Shown here: positions 46,941-57,093 of the stretch, piece by piece
Numbering within the stretch: position 1 is the stretch's first letter
Layout of the letters: each line of letters opens with the position of its first letter
Assembly (NCBI GenBank): GCA_027036135.1
Contig: JALVSY010000016.1
Span: 96,001 to 160,000, forward strand
Length of the DNA: 64,000 nucleotides
Direction: 5' to 3'
Source: Pyrodictiaceae archaeon
Lineage (GTDB): Archaea > Thermoproteota > Thermoprotei_A > Sulfolobales > Pyrodictiaceae
Made by a program: the position numbers and the translations under genes
The notes under the pieces: generated by a model
Databases searched by the model: none
What the model saw: the letters and a program-made list of their open reading frames with translations, nothing else
What the model was told of the DNA's origin: nothing

Positions 46941-47987
46941 CTAGGCTATGGGTTGTGGTTCTAGTCCTCGCTTCCTTAGCATCTCCTCAACTACTTTTAT
47001 GGCTTCACTGAGTGCACGCTCAAGCGGGGCATGAGTGCTCATTGCCGCTGCCTGGGAATGTCCGCCGCCTCCGCCACCTAGTCTCTTAGCGAGTTCCTCC
47101 ATGATATCACGGCCTAGGTGTATACCGTGCTTTTCCTCAACCTCTCTCCGGGCTCTCGCTACTACTCTCGTCTCGGAGCCGTGCTCGGAGACTATTATCG
47201 CTATATCCGCTCCTAGGTCTAGTAGTGCTCGGGCCGCACTGGCTTCATAGGCACCTACATGGGTTATCGCTACTATTAGTTCACCTGCCCTCATTAGGTG
47301 CATTCTCTTTGCTGCCTTGAGCCTTGCTATTCTCTGCGAGATATCTGGTGGAGGCGACTGCAGCGCCTTCAGTACAAGGCCTAGGTCTGCTCCCTCATCA
47401 ATCATGTCTGCTGCAACTCTTAGTACACGGGGAGTTGATAGAAGAAAATGCCTCGTATCATACACTATTCCCGCAAGAAGCATCTCTAGCTCCTTCTTCT
47501 CTAGCTTTTCGCCCAGCCCTTCCCTAATTAGTAGGTAGACGAGCTCGCACGTAGAGCGGGCACCCGGGTCATATATCGCTAGCTCGGCGTCAGCAACAAT
47601 GCTATTAGAGCCGTGGTGGTCAATAACTATCTTCGTGACTTCCTTCGCGAAACTAGCTAAACGGCCAAGCTGTTCATAGGAAGCTGTATCAACTATAATA
47701 ACTAGCGCCGATTCCCTCGGCGCCTCGTCTTCGAGCTCACCAGGCTCTATGCCTAAGAGCTCCCTAGTAATCCTCTTAGATACCTGGTTCATTCCTTCTG
47801 GAAGCAACAGTCTTGCATCAAAGCCCCCTCTCCGAAGAACGTTGCGCACCACGTAGACCGCGCCAACTGCATCGGGGTCAGCGTTACGATGAGCAGTCAC
47901 GACTATGGGGGTACCAGCTTCCTCTACGAACTCAATTAGTCTCTTCGCCGCCTCTCTTAACTCCCCTTTCTCTGAGTCTTTTCGCAA
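46941..47987 (-). CDS. DHH/DHHA1 phosphoesterase
   Basis: HRNADPDA, IVDT, IDHH and GGGGH motifs. Exosome-operon position. Confidence 0.93.
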   Translation of the reverse strand: MRKDSEKGELREAAKRLIEFVEEAGTPIVVTAHRNADPDAVGAVYVVRNVLRRGGFDARLLLPEGMNQVSKRITRELLGIEPGELEDEAPRESALVIIVDTASYEQLGRLASFAKEVTKIVIDHHGSNSIVADAELAIYDPGARSTCELVYLLIREGLGEKLEKKELEMLLAGIVYDTRHFLLSTPRVLRVAADMIDEGADLGLVLKALQSPPPDISQRIARLKAAKRMHLMRAGELIVAITHVGAYEASAARALLDLGADIAIIVSEHGSETRVVARARREVEEKHGIHLGRDIMEELAKRLGGGGGGHSQAAAMSTHAPLERALSEAIKVVEEMLRKRGLEPQPIA

Positions 47988-48264
47988 GCCATGTCACCGC
48001 TTCATTTATTGCCTCCGCTATTATCTCGTCATAGGATAGAGGGGCTATAACGCGCCCAGTTGCCTTGACATCAACCGCTAGGTCAAGTTCCCTTCCCTGC
48101 TTTTTTAGATCAGCGGTAATGGTTATCTCTAGCTCGTCGAGCCTCCTCTTTACACGGTTCTCGATCTCTCTTCGTATATGCTTCTCGAGCTCTACTAGTA
48201 TTTCCTCAAGCTCGTCCTCGCTGAGAGGGCTGCGCTCAAGCCCAACACTGATAGTCTTTGGCAA
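47932..48264 (-). CDS. DUF3194-like protein
   Basis: Small acidic protein at the conserved position between pfdB and the DHH gene. Confidence 0.65.
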   Translation of the reverse strand: MPKTISVGLERSPLSEDELEEILVELEKHIRREIENRVKRRLDELEITITADLKKQGRELDLAVDVKATGRVIAPLSYDEIIAEAINEAVTWLAKRLRERGVKRGGEETN

Positions 48265-48399
48265 AGCCTAGCTATCCCCCGTAAGGAGTACGGAATCCGA
48301 CTATGTACTGTCTGTATGTAAAAACAGGAGGACAAGGCTCTCCTATATCACTACTCTAGAGAGACAAGAAATAGGGAATGCCTTGGCCACTTGCTGTTC

Positions 48400-48783
48400 T
48401 TAGCCTGCCCCCTGCTTACCTAGTGTCGTCTTTGTCTGTAGCTCCCGGATCTCCCTGGCTAGCTGGTCTAGTTGTTTCTTAACCTCCTCCTCTTGTTTCT
48501 TGAGCTTCTGGAGCCTTATCTCGAGTATCTCGAGCTTGTCCTTGAGCTCTTGGACTAGTTTCTCCTTGTCAACCCTAACCAGGATACCAGCCTGCATCTT
48601 ATAGACTGGCGCATCGCTACCAGCCTCTTCTAGGAGCTTTAAAACCCGCTGCGTCTCAGCTATCTCTGCCTCAACAGCTGCTCTCTCCTGTGCCAGCCTA
48701 GTATACTGCGCTTGTAGGCCTTGGAACCTCGTAAGCTTATTCTCTATCTCCGGGGGAAGCCTCTGAGCCATGGAGTCCTCCAC
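48400..48783 (-). CDS. pfdB: Prefoldin beta subunit
   Basis: Coiled coils flanking the VYKMQAGILVRV hairpin. Confidence 0.93.
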   Translation of the reverse strand: MEDSMAQRLPPEIENKLTRFQGLQAQYTRLAQERAAVEAEIAETQRVLKLLEEAGSDAPVYKMQAGILVRVDKEKLVQELKDKLEILEIRLQKLKKQEEEVKKQLDQLAREIRELQTKTTLGKQGAG

Positions 48784-49078
48784 CTACTGCTCTAACCGCT
48801 TCAAGGGTTGTAGCTGCTAGGCCAAGATAAGCGTTTATCAAAGTCCTTGCCGCTGATAAGTCGCGGGCCCGGATAAGTATCTCTACCCGGTTGTCGCTAA
48901 CAAGTATCTCTACACTACCCCGGTGAGGATCAGGCGGGTTACGAGCCTCAACACCAAGCGCCTGGTTAAGGGCCCTTACCTCGCGCTGGCTCAACCCTTC
49001 TAGCCTTATACGTGCTAAAACCCGATACAAGGTCCTCAACACCCACGATGCGCAGAGTAGGCCCGCATACTCTTCCAC
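48737..49078 (-). CDS. pcc1: KEOPS subunit Pcc1
   Basis: I.ARDLSAARTLINAYL motif and operon context. True start probably near 49030. Confidence 0.85.
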   Translation of the reverse strand: MEEYAGLLCASWVLRTLYRVLARIRLEGLSQREVRALNQALGVEARNPPDPHRGSVEILVSDNRVEILIRARDLSAARTLINAYLGLAATTLEAVRAVGGGLHGSEASPGDRE

Positions 49079-49610
49079 TACCAGTGCATAGAAACGTTAC
49101 CTCCGCCAAGCCCTCGCTAAAGGGCCTAATAACCGCCACCACATCCACACTATCATCGTCACGAGAGAGAACAATTTTGCCAAGAAATACACGGGTCAAC
49201 GTATCCGCTAAGCTAAATAACGTACTAGAAGGGGGAGCATCCAAGAAGACACCGAGGCTTCTTGCACCAAAAGCTCTCTGAGCCCCTGGCGTCTCACGTG
49301 AGAGCTTTACACCCTTCATTACTATTCGTGCTATAAGCCCGAGCCTTGTATCAGGCGGTTCAAGGGGCTCATATACGCGTAGAGAACCTGGGTTACCCTT
49401 CCATACACTAACAATTATTACTCTCTTGGCGCCCCGTGCAATAGCCTCGTAGTAGAGCTCCTCTAGCGTAGCCTTACCCCGTGTTAGCTTCACCGCGTTA
49501 GGGAGCACAGAGACTAGGTCCTTAACGAAGCTGCGAACTCTCTGTGAGGGCCTATGAGAGGTCGTAACAAGGATACTTACACGCTGTGCCACTAATTGTT
49601 CACCACTCAA
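48966..49610 (-). CDS. Brix-domain ribosome biogenesis protein
   Basis: TTSHRPSQRVRSF, RGK, GNPG and GPTL motifs. Confidence 0.9.
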   Translation of the reverse strand: MSGEQLVAQRVSILVTTSHRPSQRVRSFVKDLVSVLPNAVKLTRGKATLEELYYEAIARGAKRVIIVSVWKGNPGSLRVYEPLEPPDTRLGLIARIVMKGVKLSRETPGAQRAFGARSLGVFLDAPPSSTLFSLADTLTRVFLGKIVLSRDDDSVDVVAVIRPFSEGLAEVTFLCTGSGRVCGPTLRIVGVEDLVSGFSTYKARRVEPARGKGP

Positions 49611-49735
49611 TCAGAGGCCAAGGCTATATAGAAGCCGTGAAGAGGCGATAAAGCAGGCCTAACTAATTACAACAATGCCTGGTACAAAACCCGGTCAAGA
49701 ATATAGGTAGAAGCACTAGCTAAGCCAGCACTCTC

Positions 49736-50002
49736 TTAGTCTCTACGTACTATTATGCGTGGGAAGTGCTTACTAAGCCCCGTCCTAGGCACATAGGCGC
49801 CTCCAGCCCACACTGCCCCACACTTAGTGCACATCCATAGCCCGGTACTGATTCTCTTAACGTGGCCGCGAGTACCACAGAATGGACACTCGTGGTCAGC
49901 GTATCTCCTCTCCATTACCTCTTTCCATCTCTTACGGAGCGTGGCGCCGTATCTGGGCCCGAAGCGGCCAGCTATCCCGACAGCCCTTGTTCGGCGAGCC
50001 AT
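49736..50002 (-). CDS. rpl37ae: Ribosomal protein L37Ae
   Basis: GRFGPRYG, CPFC, CTKC and GGAY motifs. Confidence 0.97.
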   Translation of the reverse strand: MARRTRAVGIAGRFGPRYGATLRKRWKEVMERRYADHECPFCGTRGHVKRISTGLWMCTKCGAVWAGGAYVPRTGLSKHFPRIIVRRD

Positions 50003-50092
50003 ACCCTTGTCCCCGGAGCACTCCTCTGTTGAAGGGGGTTATTATTTAAGACTAGTTCTAGTCTCTTCTTATTCCCGGTCTGTTATGTCGAT

Positions 50093-51094
50093 TTACTCTG
50101 GTTCCTTGCCTTCCTCTTCTTCTACAACTGTCTCCTCTACTACCTCGGGTTGCTCTATGGTCTCGGCTTCTAGGTGCTCACGCCTCGGCGCTGGCTGCGG
50201 GGGAGCGGTCTCCTCAGCCTTCTCCTGCTTTGATAGTTCTTCCTCGAGCCTAGCCCTATACGGCACAACTACTTCTTCGAGCTTGCTGAGATAGGTCTTG
50301 GCCTTATTGAGGGCTATGGAGACCGCTGTTAGCACCTCCTTGTAGTCTAGGCTACCCATACCAGTCTTCTGCATACCAGCAATCAGGCCATCGTCTGATA
50401 CAGCTACTACTAGCCTCGTATCCGCTACCTGCTCCTCCTCATACGTGGGATCTACTAGTAGCTTGCCAGAGATCTTTGCTAGGGTAACCGAGACTACCTT
50501 GTGATTTATCGGTAGCATCATTGTGTACCTTGTTCTATCAACCCTGTAGCCGTCCTCCATCTTGACCGGCGTTGGCAGCCTTGTGACGAGGAGAGCAGCC
50601 ATACTCCCGAGCATTGAGGCGTCGAAGAGGTTACCGTCATGGTTGAGCACGTATATGTCGACGAATACTCGCCAGACATGCTTCCCCGGCTCAAGCACTA
50701 GCTTGTCCAGAGCAACTGCTCTTATCTCTCGCAGGCTCCGGTCAATAACCCTTGCAAGCTCTATTGCGTTCTCATCCGGTGGACCTGGCTCGAAAGTAGG
50801 TGATGCCAATGGAACGAACTCTGCGTGGACAACGAGCACGCCTTCATTAGGGGTGTCGGGGAACGGTGCGACTATGTCTGTCTTAACGCCTACTAACACA
50901 ACAGTGTGACCTAGGCGGACGAGCGCCGAGCCCTCGGCCTTCTCAACGTAGCCCGGTACTATCTCTATGTTCCTTATCTCGTCTAGCCGCCTCCCATCTA
51001 GCCTTACTCCACGAGCCAGTAGGGTCTCCATAGTATAGCGCTTAAGCTTAGGCATAACTGGTTGAAACGAGGGAGTAATGCTCATGGCTATCAA
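50093..51094 (-). CDS. rrp42: Exosome subunit Rrp42
   Basis: [18 protein letters not shown] and DGNLFDA motifs, long acidic tail. Confidence 0.96.
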   Translation of the reverse strand: MIAMSITPSFQPVMPKLKRYTMETLLARGVRLDGRRLDEIRNIEIVPGYVEKAEGSALVRLGHTVVLVGVKTDIVAPFPDTPNEGVLVVHAEFVPLASPTFEPGPPDENAIELARVIDRSLREIRAVALDKLVLEPGKHVWRVFVDIYVLNHDGNLFDASMLGSMAALLVTRLPTPVKMEDGYRVDRTRYTMMLPINHKVVSVTLAKISGKLLVDPTYEEEQVADTRLVVAVSDDGLIAGMQKTGMGSLDYKEVLTAVSIALNKAKTYLSKLEEVVVPYRARLEEELSKQEKAEETAPPQPAPRREHLEAETIEQPEVVEETVVEEEEGKEPE

Positions 51095-51858
51095 CCCGTA
51101 GTAGATGTTTCAACCTCTACATACTTTTTACGAAGAGCCTCTTTTTGCAGCTTGTAAATCTCGAGAATGCCCCTACGCGCGAGCTCAAGGGCATTGATAA
51201 ACTCATCGTGTGTAAGAACACCGTTGAGCTGGAGCAACAAGACCTTGTCAAGGCTAGGCGCCATTGCTACCGGCATATCAGCCTCGGCATAGTTGTCCTC
51301 AACCTCGTTTATATCCAGCACGAGGACGCCATCAACTTTGCCGACGGCTACGCCTGCAACAAGATCCCTCATAGCGATACCCGCATCGGCTAGAGCAAGG
51401 CTAGCAGCAGTAATGGCGGCTGTCCTTGTACCGCCGTCTGATTGGAGAACCTCCATATAGACGTCTATCGATGTACGTGGATACATCTCTGTCAACACTA
51501 CGGACTCCAGCGCTTCCCTAATAACCTTCGATAACTCCACCTCCCTCCTAGTAGGCGCTGGTGTCTTCCTCTCCTCGGTAGAGAAGGGCGCCATGTGGTA
51601 TCTGCAGCGAATAATAGCTCTATCAGGTAGGGCTACGTGGCGTGGAACAGCTTCTCTCGGGCCATACACCGCTGCGAGAACCCTGGTAGCACCATACTCT
51701 ACTAGCGCAGAGCCGTCAGCGTTGCCGAGCACGCCTACCTCTATCCTTATGGGTCTTAGCTGCTCCGGCAGTCTACCGTCTATCCTGACAGCCACCTTCT
51801 CGCCGTTTCTCTCCTCCCATCGAATGAGCGTGGGTTTCTCCGCTCCAGTACCACCCAT
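51091..51858 (-). CDS. rrp41: Exosome subunit Rrp41
   Basis: [17 protein letters not shown] and SDGGTR motifs. Confidence 0.97.
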   Translation of the reverse strand: MGGTGAEKPTLIRWEERNGEKVAVRIDGRLPEQLRPIRIEVGVLGNADGSALVEYGATRVLAAVYGPREAVPRHVALPDRAIIRCRYHMAPFSTEERKTPAPTRREVELSKVIREALESVVLTEMYPRTSIDVYMEVLQSDGGTRTAAITAASLALADAGIAMRDLVAGVAVGKVDGVLVLDINEVEDNYAEADMPVAMAPSLDKVLLLQLNGVLTHDEFINALELARRGILEIYKLQKEALRKKYVEVETSTTG

Positions 51859-51861
51859 TGC

Positions 51862-52581
51862 TTAGACCCCTCTCCTTTCTCTCTCTTTGCGGATAAACTC
51901 CCTTACTCTCTCAGTTAGCCCCGTTGTATGAGCTTCTGCCTCTATCTTCTTTATTGATAATATGAGTACCTCCTCTATGTCTTTGTTAGGGCACTTTATG
52001 AGTATCCGCCCATTCTGGCCTACGAGGATCTCGCACCCAGTCTCCTTTATCAGCATATTCACCATTGAGCCCTTCTTGCCTATGACTCGTGGAACCCTGC
52101 TAGGCTTAATCTCGACAATAGAGCCCTCGGTTACTCTTCCAAGCCCCTTACCCTTGATTGTGAGAAGAGGGTCTCTCGCCCTGTCAAATGCTATGACTTT
52201 TGCTACCACATAGTCGCCTACATCAAGGTATCTCTTAAGGCTATCCGTGACTGGGTTAAAAGGTTTATCTAAGGCCTCTTGAACAGTCAATATACCCTTA
52301 TACGGCGACGATATGTCTATCTCCCAGTGCGTTAGCCCTATGTCCTCAACAAGCCCTATTACTATATCACCTGGTCGCGGGATATAGGCGCCCTCCAAGG
52401 GGATTATATTTATCTTGTACATGTCGTCTACTTGCTCAATGCTTACTAAGCCAGTTATCGTAGTGTAGAACTTTTTCCCTCTTCTCTCGATGAACAGAGA
52501 CTCTGCCTCTACATCATCTCCCTCAGCTATCAAGTCTCCTGGCACAACTATCGATCTCGGGCTCACGTGTATCTTTGCCAA
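51862..52581 (-). CDS. rrp4: Exosome subunit Rrp4
   Basis: VVPGD, S1 domain, KH motif RVIGKKGSM and GQNG. Confidence 0.96.
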   Translation of the reverse strand: MAKIHVSPRSIVVPGDLIAEGDDVEAESLFIERRGKKFYTTITGLVSIEQVDDMYKINIIPLEGAYIPRPGDIVIGLVEDIGLTHWEIDISSPYKGILTVQEALDKPFNPVTDSLKRYLDVGDYVVAKVIAFDRARDPLLTIKGKGLGRVTEGSIVEIKPSRVPRVIGKKGSMVNMLIKETGCEILVGQNGRILIKCPNKDIEEVLILSIKKIEAEAHTTGLTERVREFIRKERERRGV

Positions 52582-52587
52582 GGCTTG

Positions 52588-53301
52588 CTACACCACACTT
52601 ACTACCTTTATGTCCACATTGCCCTGGGTTATTTTACTAAGTTTATCTATGACTTCTTGCTGCAAGCCAGCAGGAATCTCTAGCTCTGCTACAAGGCTCC
52701 CGTCTGTGCGCCAATTCATGTTCTTTACCTCGCCTAGCTTCGCTAGAACAGAGGAGACTCTCCCCGAGTACTCAGAGGGTACAACTATCTTTAGCAAGGC
52801 CTTAGCGAGCTTTATTGGTATAACACGGCTAATAGCTCTGATTATCTGGGGTACCTGTTCCTCGACACTTTTGTAGAGGTCTATACCTACCCTTGCCTGC
52901 TCCATTGCCGCCTCTATCCTCGCCGGAGGGATAGGGAGCTTGGTCTTAGGATCAATTGCGTTCCTAGCAATATAGTTAATGATCTGCCTCTTCTTAGCCT
53001 CTATGAGCGCGCGTCGCTGTTCAGCAGTTAGTTGGAGCTCTCCTCGGCGAACAATAATAGCAGCTATCTTGACGACATCATCTGTGCCAAATACCTTGCG
53101 GAGAAGCTCTGGAGAAGCGCGAAGCCCCTTGCGCAAATCGGTATAGACAGCGTCGCTAATAACTAGGTCCTCTAAGCTGACCTCTTTGCCCTGCTTATAA
53201 TCAAAAGCTAGATCGGGGTTAACTAGTACCTCGAAACGCTTACCAGCTATCTCGAGACGCGCAACAACTGGCTCATGCTCGCCCTTACTCTTCCGAGGCA
53301 T
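52588..53301 (-). CDS. SBDS ribosome maturation factor
   Basis: [19 protein letters not shown] and DPKT motifs. Confidence 0.96.
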   Translation of the reverse strand: MPRKSKGEHEPVVARLEIAGKRFEVLVNPDLAFDYKQGKEVSLEDLVISDAVYTDLRKGLRASPELLRKVFGTDDVVKIAAIIVRRGELQLTAEQRRALIEAKKRQIINYIARNAIDPKTKLPIPPARIEAAMEQARVGIDLYKSVEEQVPQIIRAISRVIPIKLAKALLKIVVPSEYSGRVSSVLAKLGEVKNMNWRTDGSLVAELEIPAGLQQEVIDKLSKITQGNVDIKVVSVV

Positions 53302-53306
53302 ACTCG

Positions 53307-54038
53307 CTAGACACCAAGTTTTTCTAGAAGCTTCTGGAGCTCCTCTTTAGTTAATTTCCGGAACTTGCCAGTAGCCTTCTCAACTAAGCCTATCTCGAGA
53401 GTCTCAACACTAGGCTTGCCCTCCATAGCTGAGGCCACAGCCTTTATCCCGAGCAGCATTGCCTCCTCAAGGCTCATGTCGTCACGGTATTCGCGCTGCA
53501 GGACCTCTATTGCTTGTGAGCCTCCCTGGCCGAGGCCATAAGCCTTGTAGCCTATGTACTGGCCACTTGGCTCGGCGACGAAGAGCTTAGGCCCAGCCTC
53601 GTCAATACCGATTATCATCAATGTTATTCCGAAGGGCCTTACGCCTCCATGCTGTGTATATATCTGCATTAGGTCGCATATCTGCCTAGTTAGGTACTCA
53701 ACCGGTATGCGCTCACCATAGACGAACTTATACTGGATTGCTAGTTGTCTCGCATAGTCTATCAATACTCTGCCATCACTACCAAAGCCGACAAAGCCGG
53801 CCCCAATATGTTCGTCTATCATGTACACTTTCTCTAGGTGCTCTAGGTCAATAAGCGGGGATGTCTTCCTCTTCTCCGCGACAATGACCGCGCCCTCGGG
53901 AACCCTTACACCGACCATCGTCCAGCCACGCTTAGCGGCCTCCATGGCGTACTCTACTTGGAATAGCCTACCATCTGGCGAGAACATCGCGGTGGTTCTA
54001 TCATATCCCATCATAGCCGGTGGCGCCGGGAAGGACAA
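53307..54038 (-). CDS. psmA: Proteasome alpha subunit
   Basis: YDR...[13 protein letters not shown] and GVRPFG motifs. Confidence 0.97.
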   Translation of the reverse strand: MSFPAPPAMMGYDRTTAMFSPDGRLFQVEYAMEAAKRGWTMVGVRVPEGAVIVAEKRKTSPLIDLEHLEKVYMIDEHIGAGFVGFGSDGRVLIDYARQLAIQYKFVYGERIPVEYLTRQICDLMQIYTQHGGVRPFGITLMIIGIDEAGPKLFVAEPSGQYIGYKAYGLGQGGSQAIEVLQREYRDDMSLEEAMLLGIKAVASAMEGKPSVETLEIGLVEKATGKFRKLTKEELQKLLEKLGV

Positions 54039-54152
54039 GATAACCAGCCCCCAAGCCTAGGAATGAGGCGCGACAGTTTAAAAATAAAAGCATTTCTAGA
54101 ACCCGCCTAGGTTCAAGTATTAAACACGCTGCCAAGCATTCTTCATAGCGGA

Positions 54153-54219
54153 GCCGGTGATGACGAGTCCGAAAACAGAGACAATAGGCCGCTATGAAGA
54201 ATCTTCTCGCCCCTGAGGC
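54153..54219 (+). ncRNA. Box C/D methylation-guide sRNA
   Basis: GCC/GGC terminal stem in K-turn register. C GTGATGA at 54157, 12-nt guide, D' CAGA, C' ATGAAGA, 12-nt guide ATCTTCTCGCCC, D CTGA at 54213. TATA-like TATTAAA at 54118. Confidence 0.8.
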
Positions 54220-54273
54220 ACGACAAGTTAATGAGAACCCTTCTCTTATACCATTGCATCTCGTGGGCCTCTC

Positions 54274-54343
54274 GGGTGCCACCGGGCCCCAGACACCCAC
54301 AGCCGTGGGCTGGATGAAGGGGCCTGCGCGCATCTATGTCACA
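54274..54343 (+). ncRNA. Candidate H/ACA pseudouridylation-guide sRNA
   Basis: Lower stem GGGTGC/GCATCT, pocket, upper stem GGGCCCC/GGGGCCT, K-turn-like AGA..GGATGA with an apical hairpin. ACA lies 15 nt after the upper stem. CTTATA about 26 nt upstream. Confidence 0.5.
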
Positions 54344-54348
54344 ATACA

Positions 54349-54424
54349 CTACTAGTCGTGATGAGCGCGTCCTTCGTGCAGAGCCAAGGGCGATGAAAGT
54401 AAGGCCCCATTGCTGAACAAGTAG
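54349..54424 (+). ncRNA. Box C/D sRNA
   Basis: C GTGATGA at 54358, D' CAGA at 54379, C' GCGATGA at 54390, D CTGA at 54413, terminal stem CTACTAGT/ACAAGTAG. Confidence 0.75.
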
Positions 54425-54449
54425 CTAGGGAAGAAGCAGGCTTGGTAAT

Positions 54450-55088
54450 ATGCAGAGACGTGTCTCCAGGGTACTCCGCGCCCTAAGAAAGAGCGCGAAA
54501 AAGGGTCGCCCTTGCCTCGGCATAGTTGTTATTGCTGGCTTAGCGCGCTTAACGCCCTCCGAGACTTGGGCAGCCGTGGAGGAGCTTGAGGCGAGGGGCC
54601 TAGCCCGGATAAGTGGTGATCGTGTTTGCTATACTGGCGCTCTTGATCGCGTTGAGGAGGTCTCCCTAGGCCCTCTTATTAGCCGTGTATTGGAGCGTAT
54701 TCGTTCTAGGCGCGACATAGTTCATAGCGCTGAGGTGGTTAGGGGCTCTATACCCTTTGTGGATATTGTTATCGCTAGACGTGACGGCATTGTCTTCCTC
54801 GTGCGTCTAGTGAAGCGGGAGCCACCTGAGCGCCTAGTAGCTATTGCAAGGAAGCTAGCCAAGGTAGCTAGACGTGTCGCAGGAGACAAGGAGGAGTTAC
54901 CGATAGGGCGTTTAGCCCCACGAATCATCGTACCAGTGTTAGTGAGTGAGCACGGGGCCCCAAGGATAATCGAGGGCGTAGTCTTTAAGCCTACTGAGAA
55001 GCTTTTTGAGCTCGTGCTTAACCCCTGGCCTGAGATAAATCATCCACTTACCCGAGTCTATAGAGTTCATCAGAGTTCTTCTACATAG
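54450..55088 (+). CDS. Hypothetical protein with wHTH and a possibly degenerate restriction-nuclease-like domain
   Basis: ETWAAVEELEARGLARI wHTH-like segment and VDIVI...VFLVRLVK. Confidence 0.5.
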   Translation: MQRRVSRVLRALRKSAKKGRPCLGIVVIAGLARLTPSETWAAVEELEARGLARISGDRVCYTGALDRVEEVSLGPLISRVLERIRSRRDIVHSAEVVRGSIPFVDIVIARRDGIVFLVRLVKREPPERLVAIARKLAKVARRVAGDKEELPIGRLAPRIIVPVLVSEHGAPRIIEGVVFKPTEKLFELVLNPWPEINHPLTRVYRVHQSSST

Positions 55089-56260
55089 TAGTCCTCAGCG
55101 GCTCTTATAGCCGTGTCTCGTATCTTCTCATACTCTGCTCGTAGGGTCTCTGGCCTAGCCCTCGTTGTTACCGGGCCGCTCCCTAGCCTACAATACTCCT
55201 TGGTCTTCGCGGCCTCTTCGTATATACCTATTCTTCTACCGATGCTAATTATTTCCTCTTTATCGAGGCCGGCAAGAGGCCTTATCAACGGGATTTTTAG
55301 GGGTACAACACGCGCCAAGGCGTAGAGGTTGTGAAGCGTCTGACTAGAGACCTGGCCAATGCTCTCCCCCGTGAATATTGCTTTGTAGCCCTGCTTCTCA
55401 GCAACCACTTCAGCAGCCTTAAACATCACAGCCCTCAGCACTACTTGGGCGTAGTCGCGCCTAACACTCGTCCTTATAGCCTCCGTAACCGCTCTGAAAT
55501 CAACTACGTAGAGCTGTGGACTGTAGCCGTGAAGCCATAGCTCTACGAGCCTCTTGCCAACACGCTTAGCATCGTTAACCGAGCGAGGAGAAGCAAGGAT
55601 AAAGTGCAGGAGATCAACCTCAATGCCACGCTTAGCAGCCATCCATGCTGCGACCGGCGAGTCAAGTCCTCCGGAGAACAGTGTTAGGGCTCTTCCCTCC
55701 ACCCCTATGGGCAAGCCACCTGGCCCGCGTCGGAACCCCTTATGGACGTATGCCTTATCCCCTCTTACCTCGACAAAGACTTCTACCTCCGGGTTCTCTA
55801 GGTCAACCCCTGCTGAGTAGTTGTAGAGGGCTGATCCGACTTCCCGGGCAACATCAAGGCTCGTGAACCCCTCGACGCCGGCGCGCTTAGCTCGTACAGC
55901 GAACTTCCTCCCCTTGACCCACTCCGCCGCCACAAGCTTAACTCTCTCAGCTAGCTCTCTGAGATCATGATACTCTATGATATATGCGATTGTTGAGCCG
56001 TGGATACCGAATGTATGTGTTGCAGCGAGAACGGCTCTCTCGAGATCATTATCACTATCACACCTACCAACTAGCCGTGCTTGTATTATAGCTGGTCTCT
56101 TGCATCTAGCCTCAAATTTCTCGAAAGCAGCTACTAGGTTCTCAACTAGTCTTACCTGGAAACGAGGCCTAACCCTATCCGACTTGAGAACTATCTCCCC
56201 GGCAAGGGCTGCATAGAAAACCTTCTCCATAAACTTCTCCGAGCATGGACGAGGTAACAC
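55070..56260 (-). CDS. thiI: tRNA 4-thiouridine synthase ThiI (THUMP plus PP-loop, no rhodanese domain)
   Basis: GEIVLKS, GPGGLPIG, SGGLDS, TGESIGQVSSQT, RPL and EYC motifs. Confidence 0.94.
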   Translation of the reverse strand: MLPRPCSEKFMEKVFYAALAGEIVLKSDRVRPRFQVRLVENLVAAFEKFEARCKRPAIIQARLVGRCDSDNDLERAVLAATHTFGIHGSTIAYIIEYHDLRELAERVKLVAAEWVKGRKFAVRAKRAGVEGFTSLDVAREVGSALYNYSAGVDLENPEVEVFVEVRGDKAYVHKGFRRGPGGLPIGVEGRALTLFSGGLDSPVAAWMAAKRGIEVDLLHFILASPRSVNDAKRVGKRLVELWLHGYSPQLYVVDFRAVTEAIRTSVRRDYAQVVLRAVMFKAAEVVAEKQGYKAIFTGESIGQVSSQTLHNLYALARVVPLKIPLIRPLAGLDKEEIISIGRRIGIYEEAAKTKEYCRLGSGPVTTRARPETLRAEYEKIRDTAIRAAEDYYVEEL

Positions 56261-56282
56261 TAAGCAGGAAATAGGGGTTTCT

Positions 56283-56954
56283 TCACCGGAGCCCTACTAG
56301 CTCTATGGATTTCCTCACAACCCTTTCCACGAGATCCCTTAAAGGCTCTATATCACCGGATCGGAGAAACTCCGGTTCAATGCCCTTAGTTTGCGCAAGA
56401 TTCACTATGCTATCCACTTCCTGTCTTAGGAGAACTGGTAGGTATACCGTTACGCCACCACTTCTCCTAGCATAACTGGTTATGCCTCTACAGAGACCCT
56501 CAACATCAATATCAATAATCTTCTTCCTCGTCTTGAATATAAATGTCTTGAAGTAGATCTCTCTCCCTATTAGTGGGCGTAGAGATGCACATATAACTAA
56601 CTCGTCAAGGGCGATTGGGTCGCCGTAGAGCCTCCTGCAAGGCATAGGATCAATTATTTTGGGCTCAGTTATATTCTTTAATGCTGTCTCACTGTTATCC
56701 GTGTAGACATAGACTGTGTTCATCCATAGAACCTTCTCTGGCACGTCATTAGAGTCTACTAGCAAGTAGCTAGTATCGTGGAACAAGTAGCTCCTAGACT
56801 TTATAATCTTCTCGATTTCCTCTTTATCCATATTCCTCGCTACTGCTAGCCCACTGGCCAGTGGATGCTTTATACCGAAAACCTCGTCTAGAATCTCAAA
56901 GAGCAAACCCGGTATACGTATCGCTCCTTGGCCAAGTGCCTTAGAGAACTCCAA
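56283..56954 (-). CDS. Hypothetical protein
   Basis: 223-aa ORF with a TTG start after GGGGG. Confidence 0.6.
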   Translation of the reverse strand: MEFSKALGQGAIRIPGLLFEILDEVFGIKHPLASGLAVARNMDKEEIEKIIKSRSYLFHDTSYLLVDSNDVPEKVLWMNTVYVYTDNSETALKNITEPKIIDPMPCRRLYGDPIALDELVICASLRPLIGREIYFKTFIFKTRKKIIDIDVEGLCRGITSYARRSGGVTVYLPVLLRQEVDSIVNLAQTKGIEPEFLRSGDIEPLRDLVERVVRKSIELVGLR

Positions 56955-57093
56955 GCCCCCGTATCCCTATTGTTGTATATTGGTGTGTTAGTAGTGGTGT
57001 TCTTAGCTATTTTCACTAGGAAACAAGTATCTATATCTTTATTAGTGCCTGTACAGCTCTACTTAGGTTCCGAAACATTGTTACTGAAATTAT

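Noticed and set aside
49611-49735. Missing rpoP between rpl37ae and the Brix gene
   Set aside because: No CxxC ORF is present, but to my knowledge rpoP lies outside this operon in many crenarchaea, so the absence is ordinary.
54157-54180. Hammerhead-like TGATGA...GTCCGAAA
   Set aside because: No stem II and no CUGA core. The sequence fits a C box plus a 12-nt guide better.
54001-54349. ORFs 54001-54333 and 54143-54349 (minus), or RNase P/SRP RNA
   Set aside because: No protein motifs, and no RNase P P4 or SRP helix 8 signature seen. The sRNA cluster explains the region.
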